Part shown: positions 1 through 24,717 of the stretch, piece by piece
How positions within the stretch are numbered: position 1 is the first letter of the stretch
Layout: every line of letters begins with the position of its first letter
DNA from: the human T2T-CHM13v2.0 reference genome, Homo sapiens
Reading direction: 5' to 3' (one strand)
DNA: 64,000 nt
Assembly (NCBI RefSeq): GCF_009914755.1
Contig: NC_060946.1
Program-made: the position numbers and the translations under genes
Notes under the pieces: generated by a model
Databases searched by the model: none
Told to the model about the DNA's origin: nothing
The model's input: only the letters and a program-made list of their open reading frames with translations

Positions 1-2848
<2,848 letters not shown>

Positions 2849-3720
2849 CAAAACCCCATCTTAAAAAAGAAAGAAAGGAAGGAAGGAAGATAAATCTAGC
2901 TATAGTATTGAGCTATATGGGATGGAACAGAGGGAGAAAAAGAGACCAATGGCTGGAATGTGTTGTGGTTTGACGATTTCTAGCCCTGGCTCAACTTAAG
3001 AATGGAATTACTTGGAGTTCCCAGAATGGATCCAACTGTTTCAAGCCTTCCTAAATGCTCTTCCCTGTGCCTGGGATGCCCTTCCCTCAGTGTCGGTCTT
3101 GCTACCTCCCATTCATTCATCAGTATTCTAGCCAAACATCATCAATGTCAGGTAGGCTCCCAGTTGATCCAGGTGTCCAACTCTGGGCTCCCATGTGATC
3201 CTGAGTAGTACGGGCATTTAGCGATCTTTTCCTGATTTGGGAGCACTGTAGTAGTGCCTTCTGGGCCTTCTCCACCACCCAAGTGGTAAGCTCCTTGCAA
3301 GCAAAGCTTCGTCTGACACATTTTAGTGTCCTGACTCCAAGCCCTCTCCTGTCTTCCCCCACAGAAGCCCTAGAACTGGGCTGCAGCTGACCACTGGGAA
3401 GACAGGAAAGACTGTGAGACCAACTGTATGCCATGTGGTCCTGAAAAATGCGAAAATGGAGTGGCAAGTCCTGAGAGCCACCAGCTAGTGTCTGAGGCCT
3501 GGCATCCCTTTCTGGGAGGCCTCGTGTGAAAGCCAGTGGCATTCTGCAGATGTGAGGTCGTACTTCTGAATACGCAGCAAAATCCTGGGGCCAAATGCTT
3601 TGACAGATGAATTGAGGCTAGAAAGAGAGTTGGAGAAGTGGTTTGACAGCAGGGCTGTAACCACAATACCTAACATGGGTAAGTCACCAGGTGGCAGGCT
3701 CTGAGCTAAAATTCATCTCA

Positions 3721-4183
<463 letters not shown>

Positions 4184-4561
4184 TCAGTCCAGGTTTCTTT
4201 GCAGCAAACAGCAAGCTTGCAAGCTTGGTATGTGCGGAGGCCACGCTGTAGGTGTGGGGAAGAGAACTCAGGAAGAGGAGAAAGACAGGAAAGCAGCATA
4301 AAGGCTTGCAAAAAAATTAAAAACAAATAAAAAGCAGATGAGTCAAAAGAGTCTGCAGCTGAGTCCCTGACAGTCGACACTGAAATGGACATAAGCCTTT
4401 ATCCTGAGGAAGCATCCTTGGCATTAAAGACTCATAGGAGGCCCAGGCGCAGTGGCTCATGTCTGTAATCCCAGCACTTTGGGAGGCTGAGGCTGGTGGA
4501 TCACCTGAGGTCAGGAGATAGAGACCGGCCTGGCGAACATGGGGAAACCATGCCTCTACTA

Positions 4562-4930
<369 letters not shown>

Positions 4931-5229
4931 CTAATAGTGTAATAATCAACTGCACCTGATAGTTTGCTAAGCATGTTTGCATTCCTTATACCACTGAGGC
5001 CCCCAAGGCTGTGAGTGTCATCATTCCCCCATGTTATAGCTTAGGACCCTGAAGTCAGAGGCTGTAACTTGAGGAATGGGCTCAGGGCAGATCTTGGCAC
5101 TGAACCCAAATGTGACAAGAAGAGAGACAGGTGGGCCCAATGGCAGACCTCTAGTCTATCCAGAAATGACACTGCACATATGGTTAATAACTCCTAGAGA
5201 TGGGAGTGAGGGGTGAGCATGGCTTTTTG

Positions 5230-7670
<2,441 letters not shown>

Positions 7671-7844
7671 TAAGCTGGCTGGGCACATGGCTCACGCCTG
7701 TAATCCCAACACTTCAGGAGGCCAAGGCAGGCAGATCAGGAGGTCAGGAGTTCGAGACCAGCCTGGCCAACATGGTGAAACCCCATCTCTACAAAAATAC
7801 AAAAGTTAGCCAGGCGTGGTGGCGCATGCCTGTAATCCCAGCTA

Positions 7845-7979
<135 letters not shown>

Positions 7980-8795
7980 CTAATAAAATAAGGAAAGAAT
8001 TTGAACAGAGGGAATGAGGCTCTGGTCATACTTCCAAAAAAGAACCTGGTCTTACCATGTTTATCTGTTAACCCTTGGGAGAGAGGGGGGATCTTCATCT
8101 CCACGTTACACAAAAATTAGAAAGAGAGAGGGAGGGAGAGGAGGAGAAAGTGCACATTTCAAAATGCAAGAACAGCACAGAATTATGAGCTGGGAGTGAT
8201 GCTGGAGTGGGCAGGGGCGGCCTGATCTCCATGCGGCTTGCTCAGAGTGGGTAAACCAGGTTGGCTGAAACGAGGGTTTACGTGCAGGAAAGCTCCTGAA
8301 AGTTGGTTTTAAGGAGAGTGGTGACTTGTGCAAAATGATGCTTTAAAAATCAATTTGGCTGGGGTGTGCAGGAAGGATGGGGAGGGAGAAACCAAAGATA
8401 GGTAACAGACATTTGCCAGATGATAACGGTGGGGAAGAGGGGCAGGTGTAAAGAGGAGGTAGATCTTTCAGGGACCCCTGCTTGATGCCGCCTGCTGTCC
8501 CCACTGCATCCTAGCATTCTCTCTTCACTCTTGATAGAGACAGGCCTGAAATGACAGGCCACTTGCAGGCAATGCCCAGGGCACCATCCAGTCAGTCCAA
8601 CTGGTTACACAGAGGGTTCTGGTGGACAATGGAGTGCTGGTTAAATGTTAAATGTTTCACATACGTAGCAAAGACAGGGGCTGGACAGAGGCATGGCTGG
8701 AACTCCCACCATGACCTCTCCAGCCCATCATATCTGTCATTTGGAAATCTCTGGCCTATCAAGACCCACTTAGTAACAGTTATGGCTTTCCCATG

Positions 8796-8801
8796 TTTAT
8801 T
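8796..8801 (-). terminator. Poly(A) signal AATAAA of ZNF70 (intermediate 3' end, ~8780)
   Basis: TTTATT on plus strand in unique sequence ~2.2 kb after the stop codon. Confidence 0.6.
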
Positions 8802-9339
8802 CATCAAAACTAGGCATAATGGCCATGCTGAGCTTCTGATCAGCTGAAATACCCAGTGTTACCATGATGAGTTCATGTTAGCCCAGCCATAAATGTTTAG
8901 GAAACTTCAAAACAGCCTAGACTGCCTCCTTCCCCACTAGCTCTGAGGAGCCCAAGGGAAGCCAGGACTAAAGAGATCCCCAAGGCCCCAGCCAAACACT
9001 TTCCAAGCGCCCAGCTGACCATCAGCCTGAGCCCATCCCTGAGGCTCCGGGTGCGGGGAGCAGGGAGTGAGGGCACTGAGACAGAATGGCCTTCAAGCTC
9101 TGCTCAGCCAAAGCCAGCAGGCTGACATTGGAAGCTGTCGAGGGATGCACAAAAACCCAGCATGGGCCAGGTGTGGAGGCTCATGCCTGTAATCCCGGCA
9201 CTTTGGGAGGTCAAGGCGGGCAGATCACGAGGTCAAGAGATCGAGACCATCCTGGCCAACATGGTGAAACCCCGTCTGTACTAAAAATACAAAAAATTAG
9301 CCAGGCATGGTGGCACGCACCTGTAGTCCCAGCTACTCA

Positions 9340-9486
<147 letters not shown>

Positions 9487-10659
9487 CTAGGAAGTTATAA
9501 TCACCTGGGGAGCTTTAAAACATGCCACCACTGGGGCTGACTGAACTGGTCCAGGTGGGACACAAGCAATGGTACTGTTTAAACAAGCCCCACGTGAACT
9601 CCTAGTTGGCAGGCGGGGAAGACAGACAGAATGTGGAAGTGCAGAATGACACTGCTGCTACAGGAGGCTCAGGATGGCATCCTAGAGGAAGTGTCCTTGT
9701 GTGGGACACTGCATCCGCAGGCATACACAGCCCAGGCTGCAAGGGGTGGAGGGAGAGAAAGCCCTGTTCAATGAGAGGTCCCACTGCTCAGAAACCAGAC
9801 GGGAACATCTCTCCAGTCCGTGGAAATGCACAGGGGTGGGGCAGGGGTCACTCTGGGTCTCTGTCCTCAGTCACCATGACTGCTCACAGTTGCCAAAGCA
9901 CTTTCACAGTGGCTGTGTTCTGAATGACAGCCTGGCACCAACCCTTAGAGGCACGTGGCCAGTTCCCATTACCCCAACTCTTGGATGGGGGAATGGAGCC
10001 TGGGGAAGTTACAGGACTTGTTCAAGCTCACCCAGGTAGGAGGGGGTGGAACTAGGACTTGAACCCAGACCTTCTGATTAGAACACAGCCTCCTCCAACA
10101 AGCCACCCAGCTTCCCAGGTCCCCTGACACTGGGGCAGGAGGGCTGCATCATTGCCAGAACAGACCAGACCCAGGCCCTGCTGATGTCCAAGGCACACTG
10201 TGGTCTTGGGGACACTATGTCTCAGGGAGGGGTTATTCCTGGAGGGCAGTCATGTCCAGTGTCCAGGCTGAGTCACGGCTGGGTGTCAAACATCCTCTGG
10301 CCAACAGGATCAAATCTCTATCCTCCTGTAACAGAGCTGTCTGAGGGAAACTGCCCTAGGGCTAAGGAGAGGGTTAAGAGGCCACGCCCAGGGGCTCACC
10401 ACCCTCATCCCCAATCTCAAGACCCACCCTCCAGACCTGCCTTTGCTCTGCAGACCTGTTTTGGTTGTCCCCACCAATGCCCAACGCAGTGAGAAAATTC
10501 TACTTTGCTGCTGACACATCTACTTTTGAATTCATTTTTCTTCTACTGCTTTGGACTGTGAGTGTGGTTTCTGTCTTCTAAAAGTGCCAGACTGCAGCCT
10601 GTTTTAAAGAGTTCTTCTGATATTTTCCTGGGTTTAATTCAACTTTCTCCCTCTTGGCA

Positions 10660-10665
10660 TTTATT
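10660..10665 (-). terminator. Candidate proximal poly(A) signal AATAAA of ZNF70
   Basis: TTTATT on plus strand, ~330 nt after the stop codon. Confidence 0.35.
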
Positions 10666-10997
10666 CTTCTAGATTCTGGGAAATGTGAAGACAGGGCAAA
10701 ATGAAATCCTGTAGGCTTGGGAGTCAAATGCAAGAAGGAGAAACTGAAGGCCAGCTGTCTTTTCTGGCTGCCCTCCCTATCACCCCACCTTCCCTTCCAT
10801 GCAGAAAACCTGCTGAGAGCTGGCGTGCTTGGCCCAGGGCCACACAGGGCCTTCCTGCTAGTGGGATGTTCAAGAGCGCTTAGGTGGGAAGGTTTCCATT
10901 CAGCATCAGGGAGGTAGGTGGGGTCTTGGAGACCACGCGACGTGGAATAAAGGCTCCATCTGGCACAGGCTTTCAAGCTTTGTGTGGGCTCCTCTTT

Positions 10998-12374
<1,377 letters not shown>

Positions 12375-12805
12375 TTAAAAATGTTCTTCTTTGGGCCACA
12401 CTTACTGTTCTCACAATCTGAAAAGAAAACAGGGAACTCTGTCAAGTCAGCAAGTCAAGCAGCTCATATGTGCCTGCTTCATATCCTAGAATCTATGGTA
12501 GAAACAAGAAAATACGCATAAGACACAATCTTGCCCTTAAGATGATCCCAAATGAGTTAGAGGCAAGTTTTGCTTACCAGAGACAATTGAAGGCAGACAG
12601 ACAGACACAATCAAGTGCCACATCATGGTGTCTAGACTCAACGGGCTGAAGGTGTTCAGAAAGGTGAGCTAAAACAGGAAGTGGGGGCTGGGTGCGGTGG
12701 CTCACACCTATAATCCTAGCACTTTGGGAGGCCGAGGCAGGCAGATCACTTGAGGTCAGGAGTTCAAAACCAGCCTGGTCACATGGTGAAACCCGGTCTC
12801 CACTA

Positions 12806-12961
<156 letters not shown>

Positions 12962-13309
12962 CTATCTCAAACAACAACAACAACAACAGCAACAACAACC
13001 AGGAAGTGGGGCCATTGCAGAAAAGGAGCAAGACTCCAGCTACTGGGTGACATTGGGGGCAGGTTTTGCTGGGAAAGAGAAAGAGAGCTCTTCCCTCTAC
13101 CCTCCAGTCGCACTCCCTCCAGCCAGGTGCCCCAACCTGGGAGTCAGCATAACCGCTCTTATTCTCACCCGACCGGTCCCCTCTTATCTACTTCCTGAGG
13201 CTGCATGGGCAGCGTCTCTGTCTCTCAGTCCTCACTGCCACTCTGCAGCTCAGGCTTCAGAGCTACCTCCTGGGATCTTTTCAGGGCTGGCCTCCAAACT
13301 AGCTGCTGA

Positions 13310-13729
<420 letters not shown>

Positions 13730-14372
13730 TGACAGCCCAACTCCTTCACACCTGGCCCTTCCAATCCATCTCCTGTCTGTCTGCCCCATACACCTCTTCT
13801 TTTTTATTTGAGATAGGCTCTTGCCCGTTGCCCAGGCTGGAGTATAGTGGTGTGATCTTGGCTCACTGCAACCTCTGCCTCCCAGGCTCAAGTGATCCTC
13901 CCACCTCAGCCTCCTGGGACTGCAAGTGTATGCCACCACACTCTGCTAATTTTTTTAATTCTTTCTTTTTGTAGAGATGAGGTCACACTGTATTGCCCAG
14001 GCTGGTCCCCCCAACACTTCTAATTTTCCAGCTCAATGACTAATTTGCACTGCTGTTGTCTGGTCCTAACAGGTAAGGACCATTCTCAGACTGCCACTTG
14101 CTCATCCTTCAGGACTCGTCCAAATGTCCCTTTTTCTCTGCACCCTCAGGTTCTTGACCATCTCAGGCCCCCATCGTTAGCTTGAAAATTCCCTAAGGGC
14201 AAATACTGTGCTCCTTCATTTCAGAATCCCCAGCCCCCAGCACAAAAGCACAATCCCAATGTACACAGTTGTTGAATAAATTATCAAATGGAGGAAAAGC
14301 CATTTGTTTTTCTAGAACTGTCACTTTTTTTGGTCAAAGAACACTTTAGTCAAATAAGTCAACTGTCTAGGA

Positions 14373-14715
14373 CAGGGGTCCCCAACCCCCAGAGTGGGGG
14401 ACAGGCACCAGTCTGTGGCCTGTTAGGAACCAGGCCGCATAGCAGGAGGTGAGCGGAAGGTGAGCGAGCATTACAGCCTGAACTCTGCCTCCTGTCAGAT
14501 GAGCAGTGGCATTAGATTCTCATAGGAACTGGAACCCTATCGTAAACTGTGCATACGAGGGATTTGGTTGTGCACTCTTTATGAGAATCTAACACCTGAT
14601 GATCTGAGGTGGAACAGTTTCATCTCAAAACCATCCCCCATGTCCCCCACCCATTCATGGAAAAATTGTCTTCTGCAAAACTGGTCCCTGATGCCAAAAA
14701 GGTTGGGGATCACTG
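14373..14715 (+). mobile_element. MER1-family (MER1B-like) hAT-Charlie non-autonomous DNA transposon, full length
   Basis: Terminal inverted repeats CAGGGGTCCCCAACC...GGTTGGGGATCACTG and a perfect 8-bp TSD GTCTAGGA (14365-14372 and 14716-14723). Confidence 0.88.
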
Positions 14716-15229
14716 GTCTAGGAGACATAAATAAATAAAACAGACAAGTCCGGGCGCGGTGGCTCACACCTGTAATCCCAGCACTTTGGGAAGCCGAGGT
14801 GGGCAGATCACGAGGTCACGAGATCGAGACCATCCTGGCTAACACGGTGAAACCCCATCTCTACTAGAAATACAAAAAAATTAGCCAGGCGTGGTGGCAG
14901 GTGCCTGTAGTCCCAGCTACTCGGGAGGCTGAGGCAGGAGAATGGCGTGAACTCAGGAGGCAGAGCTTGCGAGATCATGCCACTGCACACCAGCCTGGGC
15001 GACAGAGTGAGACTCCGTCTCAAAAAATAAATAAATAAATAAAAATAAAAATAAAATAAAACAGACAAAAGCAGAGCTGCTCCAGTTGAAGGAGGGCGCG
15101 TTAGCAGGGACAAGGAAGGAAGCTAGAACAGCCCACTCAGCACTCCCCCTCCCAGATGTGGCCCCTGAGGAAGCCCCAAAGAGCCCTATTCAGAAACTTC
15201 TGTGCTAGATAAAGGCAAAGTCTTCAGGT

Positions 15230-15597
<368 letters not shown>

Positions 15598-15762
15598 TAG
15601 CTAATTTTTTAATTTTTCTGTAGAGATGAGATAATATTATGTTGCCCAGGCTGGTCTTGAACTCCTGGGCTCAAGCAGTCCTCCCACCTCTGCCTCCCAA
15701 AGTGCTGGATTACAGGCATGAGCCACCATGCCCAGCAGAAATGATTTTTTTTTTTTTTTTGA

Positions 15763-15867
<105 letters not shown>

Positions 15868-15870
15868 TGA

Positions 15871-16062
<192 letters not shown>

Positions 16063-16341
16063 TGATTTTTCAGCCAATAGACCGACTGGATATAAAAAAA
16101 AAGAGCACTGAACTAAAGTATTTTCTTTTTCCAGAATGGAGTGCAGTAGTGTGATTACAGCTCACTGGAACCTCTGGCTCCTGGGTTCAAGTGATTCTCC
16201 TATCTCAGCCTCTTAAGTAGCTAGGACACCATCCTGGCTAACACGGTGAAACCCTGTCTCTATTAAAAATACAAAAAAGGCCGGACGCGGTGGCTCACGC
16301 CTCTAATCCCAGCACTTTGGGAGGCCGAGGTGGGTGGATCA

Positions 16342-16789
<448 letters not shown>

Positions 16790-17903
16790 CTAATTTTTGT
16801 ATTTTTTGTAGAGATGGGTTTTCGCCATGTTGTGCAGACTGGTCTCGAATTTCTGAGCTCATGCGATCCACCCATTTTGGCCTCCGAAAGTGCTGGTATT
16901 ATAGGCGTGAGCCCCCTCGCCCAGCCCTAAAGTATTTTCAAAAATTCTTTGATCACTTCAACTCCTCTCACCCTCCCCCTCCTCTTCAGCAACCCATAAT
17001 CTCCAACTCTTCCAGCTCTCTCACTCAATTTGTGCTTTTCGACCTCATGAAATCCAAGCCATTTTTACTGTAGTTCTCCTTTTCTAGCTCCACCCCTTCT
17101 CCATCCAGCTTAGACTCTCCATACTATGCGCATCACTTCAACTCTCACGCTCTAGCACCATGCTCCTCACCTCCTCGTCCGGCTGCAACTAGCCGCTAAG
17201 TCCCAGTCTTCTCGGCCAGTTCCTCCTAAGTTGTTAAATGTTGCCAAGAAAAATCATACAACTATGTATGGCACCACGACAAATTTCGAGTTTCCGATTT
17301 CAGCTGGGACCTCAGCTCTGGCATTCTATGACCTCCTTATTGCCAATCCCTCTCTTCTCGGTCTTCACCTTCCCACCCCATCTGGCACTGCTCTCCAATA
17401 CCTCCTTCTCAAAACCCTTCATTTCAGAGGTTGCAAATTGGCAGCCTGAAGATCCTGCTATGTTATGTTTGGCTCTCGAAGAGTTTGGCTTTTCCTGTTC
17501 ATTTTCCTTAGTTACCAATATTTAAAACTCAGTAGGTTTCTGGCTTTCTCTTGAAAAACGAAGATGTGACAATATCCCTTCACCCGCCCACATTGCCTAC
17601 CTGGGTGCATGAAAGCTTTGAGCTACCCCCCAACCCCATCCCCACCCTCGCTTTCTTCCCAATTTTCATGGCTTCCAAGTTCTCTTTCTTGATATCTTTA
17701 GATTGCAACTCTTCCTCCGCCCACCCATTAAGTCCTGGTGTTCTCAAACTTCCCTCCGTAGAGGTTTTCCATTCCCACTATATAGCCCCTACACCCTGAA
17801 GTCTCCACTCAGAAAAAAGTTGGCAACCCTTTATCTGTCTCCCACAACATGATAAGTGTTTTTGGACCGAAAATGCAAAGATCTGGAACTCCATGCTTCC
17901 CAC

Positions 17904-18620
17904 CTCTGTCGGGGCCTTCTCCGGGTCCTCCTGCATCTGTCATCCCATCCTCCAGAGAGTCCCTAGGGCCTGGGCACCCTGCAAACTCTTAGTGCAGTCA
18001 AGGTTTCCTGGCTGGGGGCCCAAGAGTTGCCACGGACCCGCACACGCTGCCCAGGCGGCGACGTGGCGCCCCTACAGGCTTCCCCGCGATTGGGGACACG
18101 CACACCCAGGGCCACCGGAGGGACAGGTGGTCAGGCGGACTCAGGTCACACCGGCGGACGCGGGGCCACTCACCTGGGCCGGGGCGGGGCAGCTCACCTG
18201 GGCCGGGGCGGGGCCGCAGGCGGGCGGGGCGGGGCCGCACCTGAGCTGCTCCAACCCGCGGCCGACGCGGCCGACGCTGCCTGGCTCCACAGCAGCTGCT
18301 GACGCGGAGCCCGCGGCCGCCCGAGCACCCAGAGCCCCGCCCCCGGCCCGCGGGCACTTCCGGGACCACTCTAGGCCGCGCGGAGGTCCCGGCGTCTCGG
18401 TGGTCCCACCGCGCCGGTTGTCGCCGCGCGAAGCCGCCCGGGCCCCGGGACACAAGGACCCGAATCAGGAGAGTCTCTCCAGTCGGCATGGTGGCTCTGG
18501 CCGTCCCCGAAGCGCGTGCTGGACGTGGGGGAAACAGAGATGGGCAGGCGTTGGCAGGAGAGCAGAGGAGGAAACAGGTCCGGACGGGCGGGCCGACCTC
18601 GAGCCGCCGGCACTCGGGGC
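17904..18620 (-). promoter_or_regulatory. ZNF70: CpG-island promoter and non-coding exon 1 of ZNF70, with candidate donors at exon ends 17904, 18174, 18198 and 18241
   Basis: CpG-rich ~18030-18620, multiple GGGGCGGGG GC boxes and an ETS-type CACTTCCGG near 18356. Minus-strand donors GAG|GTGGGA, CAG|GTGAGT, CAG|GTGAGC and CAG|GTGCGG. TSS not determinable from sequence. Confidence 0.75.
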
Positions 18621-19063
18621 ATCTGCGCTGGTGCTGGGTGCAAGCCAGAAGCCACTGAGGCAGCTGGGGTCTTCAGGGAAAGGAGAGTGGAGCCCCAGAG
18701 CTGTCGACCCTGTCACTGTCCACAGGCACCGGGGTCCTGTTAGGATCCCCCTCCCCCAACCTGCTTCAAGGGTAGCCCTGTTCCTGTCTGCCCTCCCCGC
18801 CCCCACAGAAATAGAGATGAGAAGGGGCAGGCGAAGAACTAGGAGTGTCTGCGAGACCATCCCAGGACCCTGAGCCCCCCAACTCTCTGCATCCCAGGGC
18901 TGACTTCGACATGAAGCGCCTCCTCTCAGGCGCACCGGGAGGGAAGAGGAATGTGTTCTTGAAATGGCCGCCCCCTTGGCCGGGCGCGGTGGCTCACGCC
19001 TTTAATCCCAGCATTTTGGGAGGCGGAGGCGGGTGGATCACGAGGTCAGGAGTTCGAGACTCA

Positions 19064-19409
<346 letters not shown>

Positions 19410-19924
19410 TCAGGAGAACACACTGTCCCTGGGAAAAAGGATTCTGCCCCAGCCGCCCACCTGCCTTCAGCACCCTCAGCCTTGGCGCTCGAGTGCCTCC
19501 AATGCTACCCACACACACCTGCCTTCCTGCCCCATTAATGCTCTGTCGGGCCTTGGGCACAGACTCCAAGGGGTAGGCAGTGGCTGCCCCTCCCCAAGCC
19601 AACAGCCTGAGCTCCATGGGGACCAGCCACCCTAGAGCCATAACCCTTGGACCATAACCAGCCATGCAGAGTTGGGGGCGGCAAGGGCTGGTTCCTTTTT
19701 CTCCCTCCGGCTCCTCAGGTCACAGGAAGGTCAGGCTACCAGTTTGAGCCCCCAGGGGGCCATGGTGGGGGAGTCTGGGCCATGCCCCAATAGTCTCAGG
19801 TGCTTCCTCTTTGACAACAGTCCCCAGAATCCCCATTCCCCCGCACACTGCTCCCCACCCCAGGAGTGGGTCTTCGACTCCCAGACCCACCACAGTCATT
19901 TTTCTCAGCCAGGATCTTATGACC

Positions 19925-20010
19925 CTCACAATAGCTGTTGTTGACATGTTGAATATTATTAACCCATTTTACAGAGGGGAAGCAAGGCTCAGAGAAAGTT
20001 TAAAAGGGAC
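19925..20010 (-). mobile_element. MIR fragment at the VPREB3 3' end
   Basis: ATTATTAACCCATTTTACAGAGGGGAAGCAAGGCTCAGAGA, MIR core. Confidence 0.65.
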
Positions 20011-20068
20011 CCAAGGTCAGGGGCAGAAATGGGAGGCAGAGGGGAGGCACCCATCTCACACCCCACCC

Positions 20069-20391
20069 CTAGGGACTAAAGCCGTAGCCAACAGAGCAGT
20101 AGTAATCCGCGTCGTCTTCAGGCTGCACGGGACTAATGGTGAGGACACAGGCATTGTGGGCCTCATCCTTGGCTGCCGAGAATCGATCGGGGATGTCAGC
20201 AGGCCGGTGGTGATCCTCCTCCGAGCGGTAGTAGAGGAGATATCGAGGGGCACTGCCTGCCCGCTGCTGGTACCAGGACACACCGTAGTCCCTGATGGTG
20301 ACGTGCTGGGGGCTGAGCGTGCAGGAGAGTTGAGCCACTTGGCCTGGGAAGACCAGCAGTGCATCCAGCTGGGCCAGGACTGTCTGGGAAA
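20069..20391 (-). CDS. VPREB3: VPREB3 exon 2, V-set Ig domain (total 123 aa)
   Basis: Acceptor TCGCAG|TTTCC. V-lambda-like motifs LSCTLS, WYQQRAGSAPRYLL, IPDRFS, EDDADYYC. 49+323 nt = 123 aa + stop. Confidence 0.97.
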
Positions 20392-21507
20392 CTGCGAGAC
20401 ACAAACCCACTCAGCCTGAGCCCCTTCCCTCCCACCCCTGCCCTGTGAAGGCTTGGTTGGACTCCATGGAGACTCCCAGTCCCAAAGGGCTCATAGCCCA
20501 GTGCTATGGGATTAGCAATGAACGGGGTGCAGGAGGCCTGGTTCTGTGTGACTTAGGGTGCCCTATCTGGACCTCCATCTCCCTTTGTGAGTGAGGGGTT
20601 TGGAGTTAGCCCCCAAATCTCCATTAGTGCCATATCCTCAAGGATCTGTGTTCAGTTAAAGGCCCAGAGCTCAGAAGGTTGGACTAGCAGCCTCTAGGTC
20701 CCTCTGCTACCCACCCACGTTTCTCTGCAGAACTGCACCCCTCTCCCCCACTTCCCCGCCCACTTCACTTCAGCTCTTCCAAACCCTGAATACAGACTAA
20801 CCACCCCCAGGAACCTCCTGGGCTGTCCCACACATCAACTCAGCCTCAGGCAACTGGCTGCAGGGACCCTCTCAGGGAGGTTAGATTGCCTCAGGCCCTG
20901 TGGGGTAGGGACCAACCCACAATAGCTTCCCCTGTGAAAAACTAAGAAGGAGACCCAAAGTCAGAGTCCAGGGCTCTAGTGATCTGGTCATTCACGAATG
21001 AGAAAACCAAGGCCCACACAGGGAAGTGATTTGCCCCAGGTCAAGGGCAGAGCTGTCTGAAGCCAGGTCACCCCTCTACCTGAATACGCCTCCCAGCCAG
21101 GTGCAGTGGCTCAAGCCTGTAATCCTAGCACTTTGGGAAGCTGAGGTGGGCGGATCACCTGAGGTCAGGAGTTTGAGACCAGCCTGACCAACATGAAGAA
21201 ACCTTGTCTCTACTAAAAATACAAAATTAGCCAGGCGTGGTGGCGCATGCCTGTAATCCCAGCTACTCAGGACGCTGAGGCAGAAGAATCGCTTGAACCT
21301 GGGAGGCAGAGGTGCAGTGAGCCGAGATTGCACCGTTGCACTCCAGCCTGGGCAACAAGAGCAAAACTCCGTCTCAAAAAAAAAAAAAATACCCCTCCCA
21401 GGACCTGCCCTACTGTCCCCATCGATTTGCCTCCTTGCAGGGGCCTTCTGGGGCCAGTACTGTTCCCCACCCCACACCCAGGTGACTGAGGCCCAGGAAA
21501 GATTCAC

Positions 21508-21556
21508 CTGACAGGAAGGTCCCCATCAGAAGGAAGCTGAGGCACCGGCAGGCCAT
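21508..21556 (-). CDS. VPREB3: VPREB3 exon 1 coding part, signal peptide [16 protein letters not shown]
   Basis: GCCATGG Kozak, 49 nt, phase-1 donor G|GTGAAT, the standard Ig leader-exon layout. Confidence 0.95.
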
Positions 21557-21657
21557 GGCCAGAGGCAGGGAGGCAGGCAAGTAGAAGTTCTGCAAGGCTA
21601 TATGCTCCAGGTGCTTTGGGGCACAGGGCTGGGAAGGCCACTGGACCACAACAGAGC

Positions 21658-21665
21658 ATGCAAAT
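21658..21665 (-). promoter_or_regulatory. Immunoglobulin octamer ATTTGCAT in VPREB3 promoter
   Basis: ATGCAAAT on plus strand ~100 bp upstream of the ATG, in the orientation typical of light-chain V promoters. TATA-like CATATAG near 21598-21604. Confidence 0.8.
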
Positions 21666-21811
21666 CAGCCTATTGACTGAGGAAGGAGGGGCGGTGACTG
21701 GGGCCCAATGGCCAAGCCTTTTCTTCCCAAATGTCAGGGTCCTGGCACCACAAGGCCTTCCAAGAATAGGAGCCCAGAAGTCCTCATGTGCAGTTATAGC
21801 AGGTGGAAATC

Positions 21812-22890
<1,079 letters not shown>

Positions 22891-23124
22891 CAAGTAGCTG
22901 AGGTGGTTTTGAACTTGGGTTTGAATCCCAGCTCCTGCTTTTCTTAACTGCATGACTTCAGCCAAGTTACTTCCCCCCACTGTGCCTCGGTTTTCTCATC
23001 TGGAACATAAAGTTAAGCATAATGCCAGCCTGAGGATTGTGAAAATGCAAAGATGGGACCTATTTGCTCAGGGCTGGCCACAGTGGGTGGATTAACCATG
23101 TCATTTATTTTCTGTATTCCAGTG

Positions 23125-24717
<1,593 letters not shown>

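Noticed and set aside
3684-3697. CTCF-like TCACCAGGTGGCAG
   Set aside because: Mismatch at a core position, and a single motif without occupancy data is not supportable.
15061-15130. Minus-strand LLQLEQ resembling KRAB-B in the ZNF70 intron
   Set aside because: Six-residue match flanked by a stop, with no KP/EPW context. Probably chance.
17893-18873. 326-aa plus-strand ORF antisense to ZNF70 exon 1
   Set aside because: Pro/Gly/Arg/Ala-rich, explained by stop-codon scarcity in a CpG island, with no recognisable domain.
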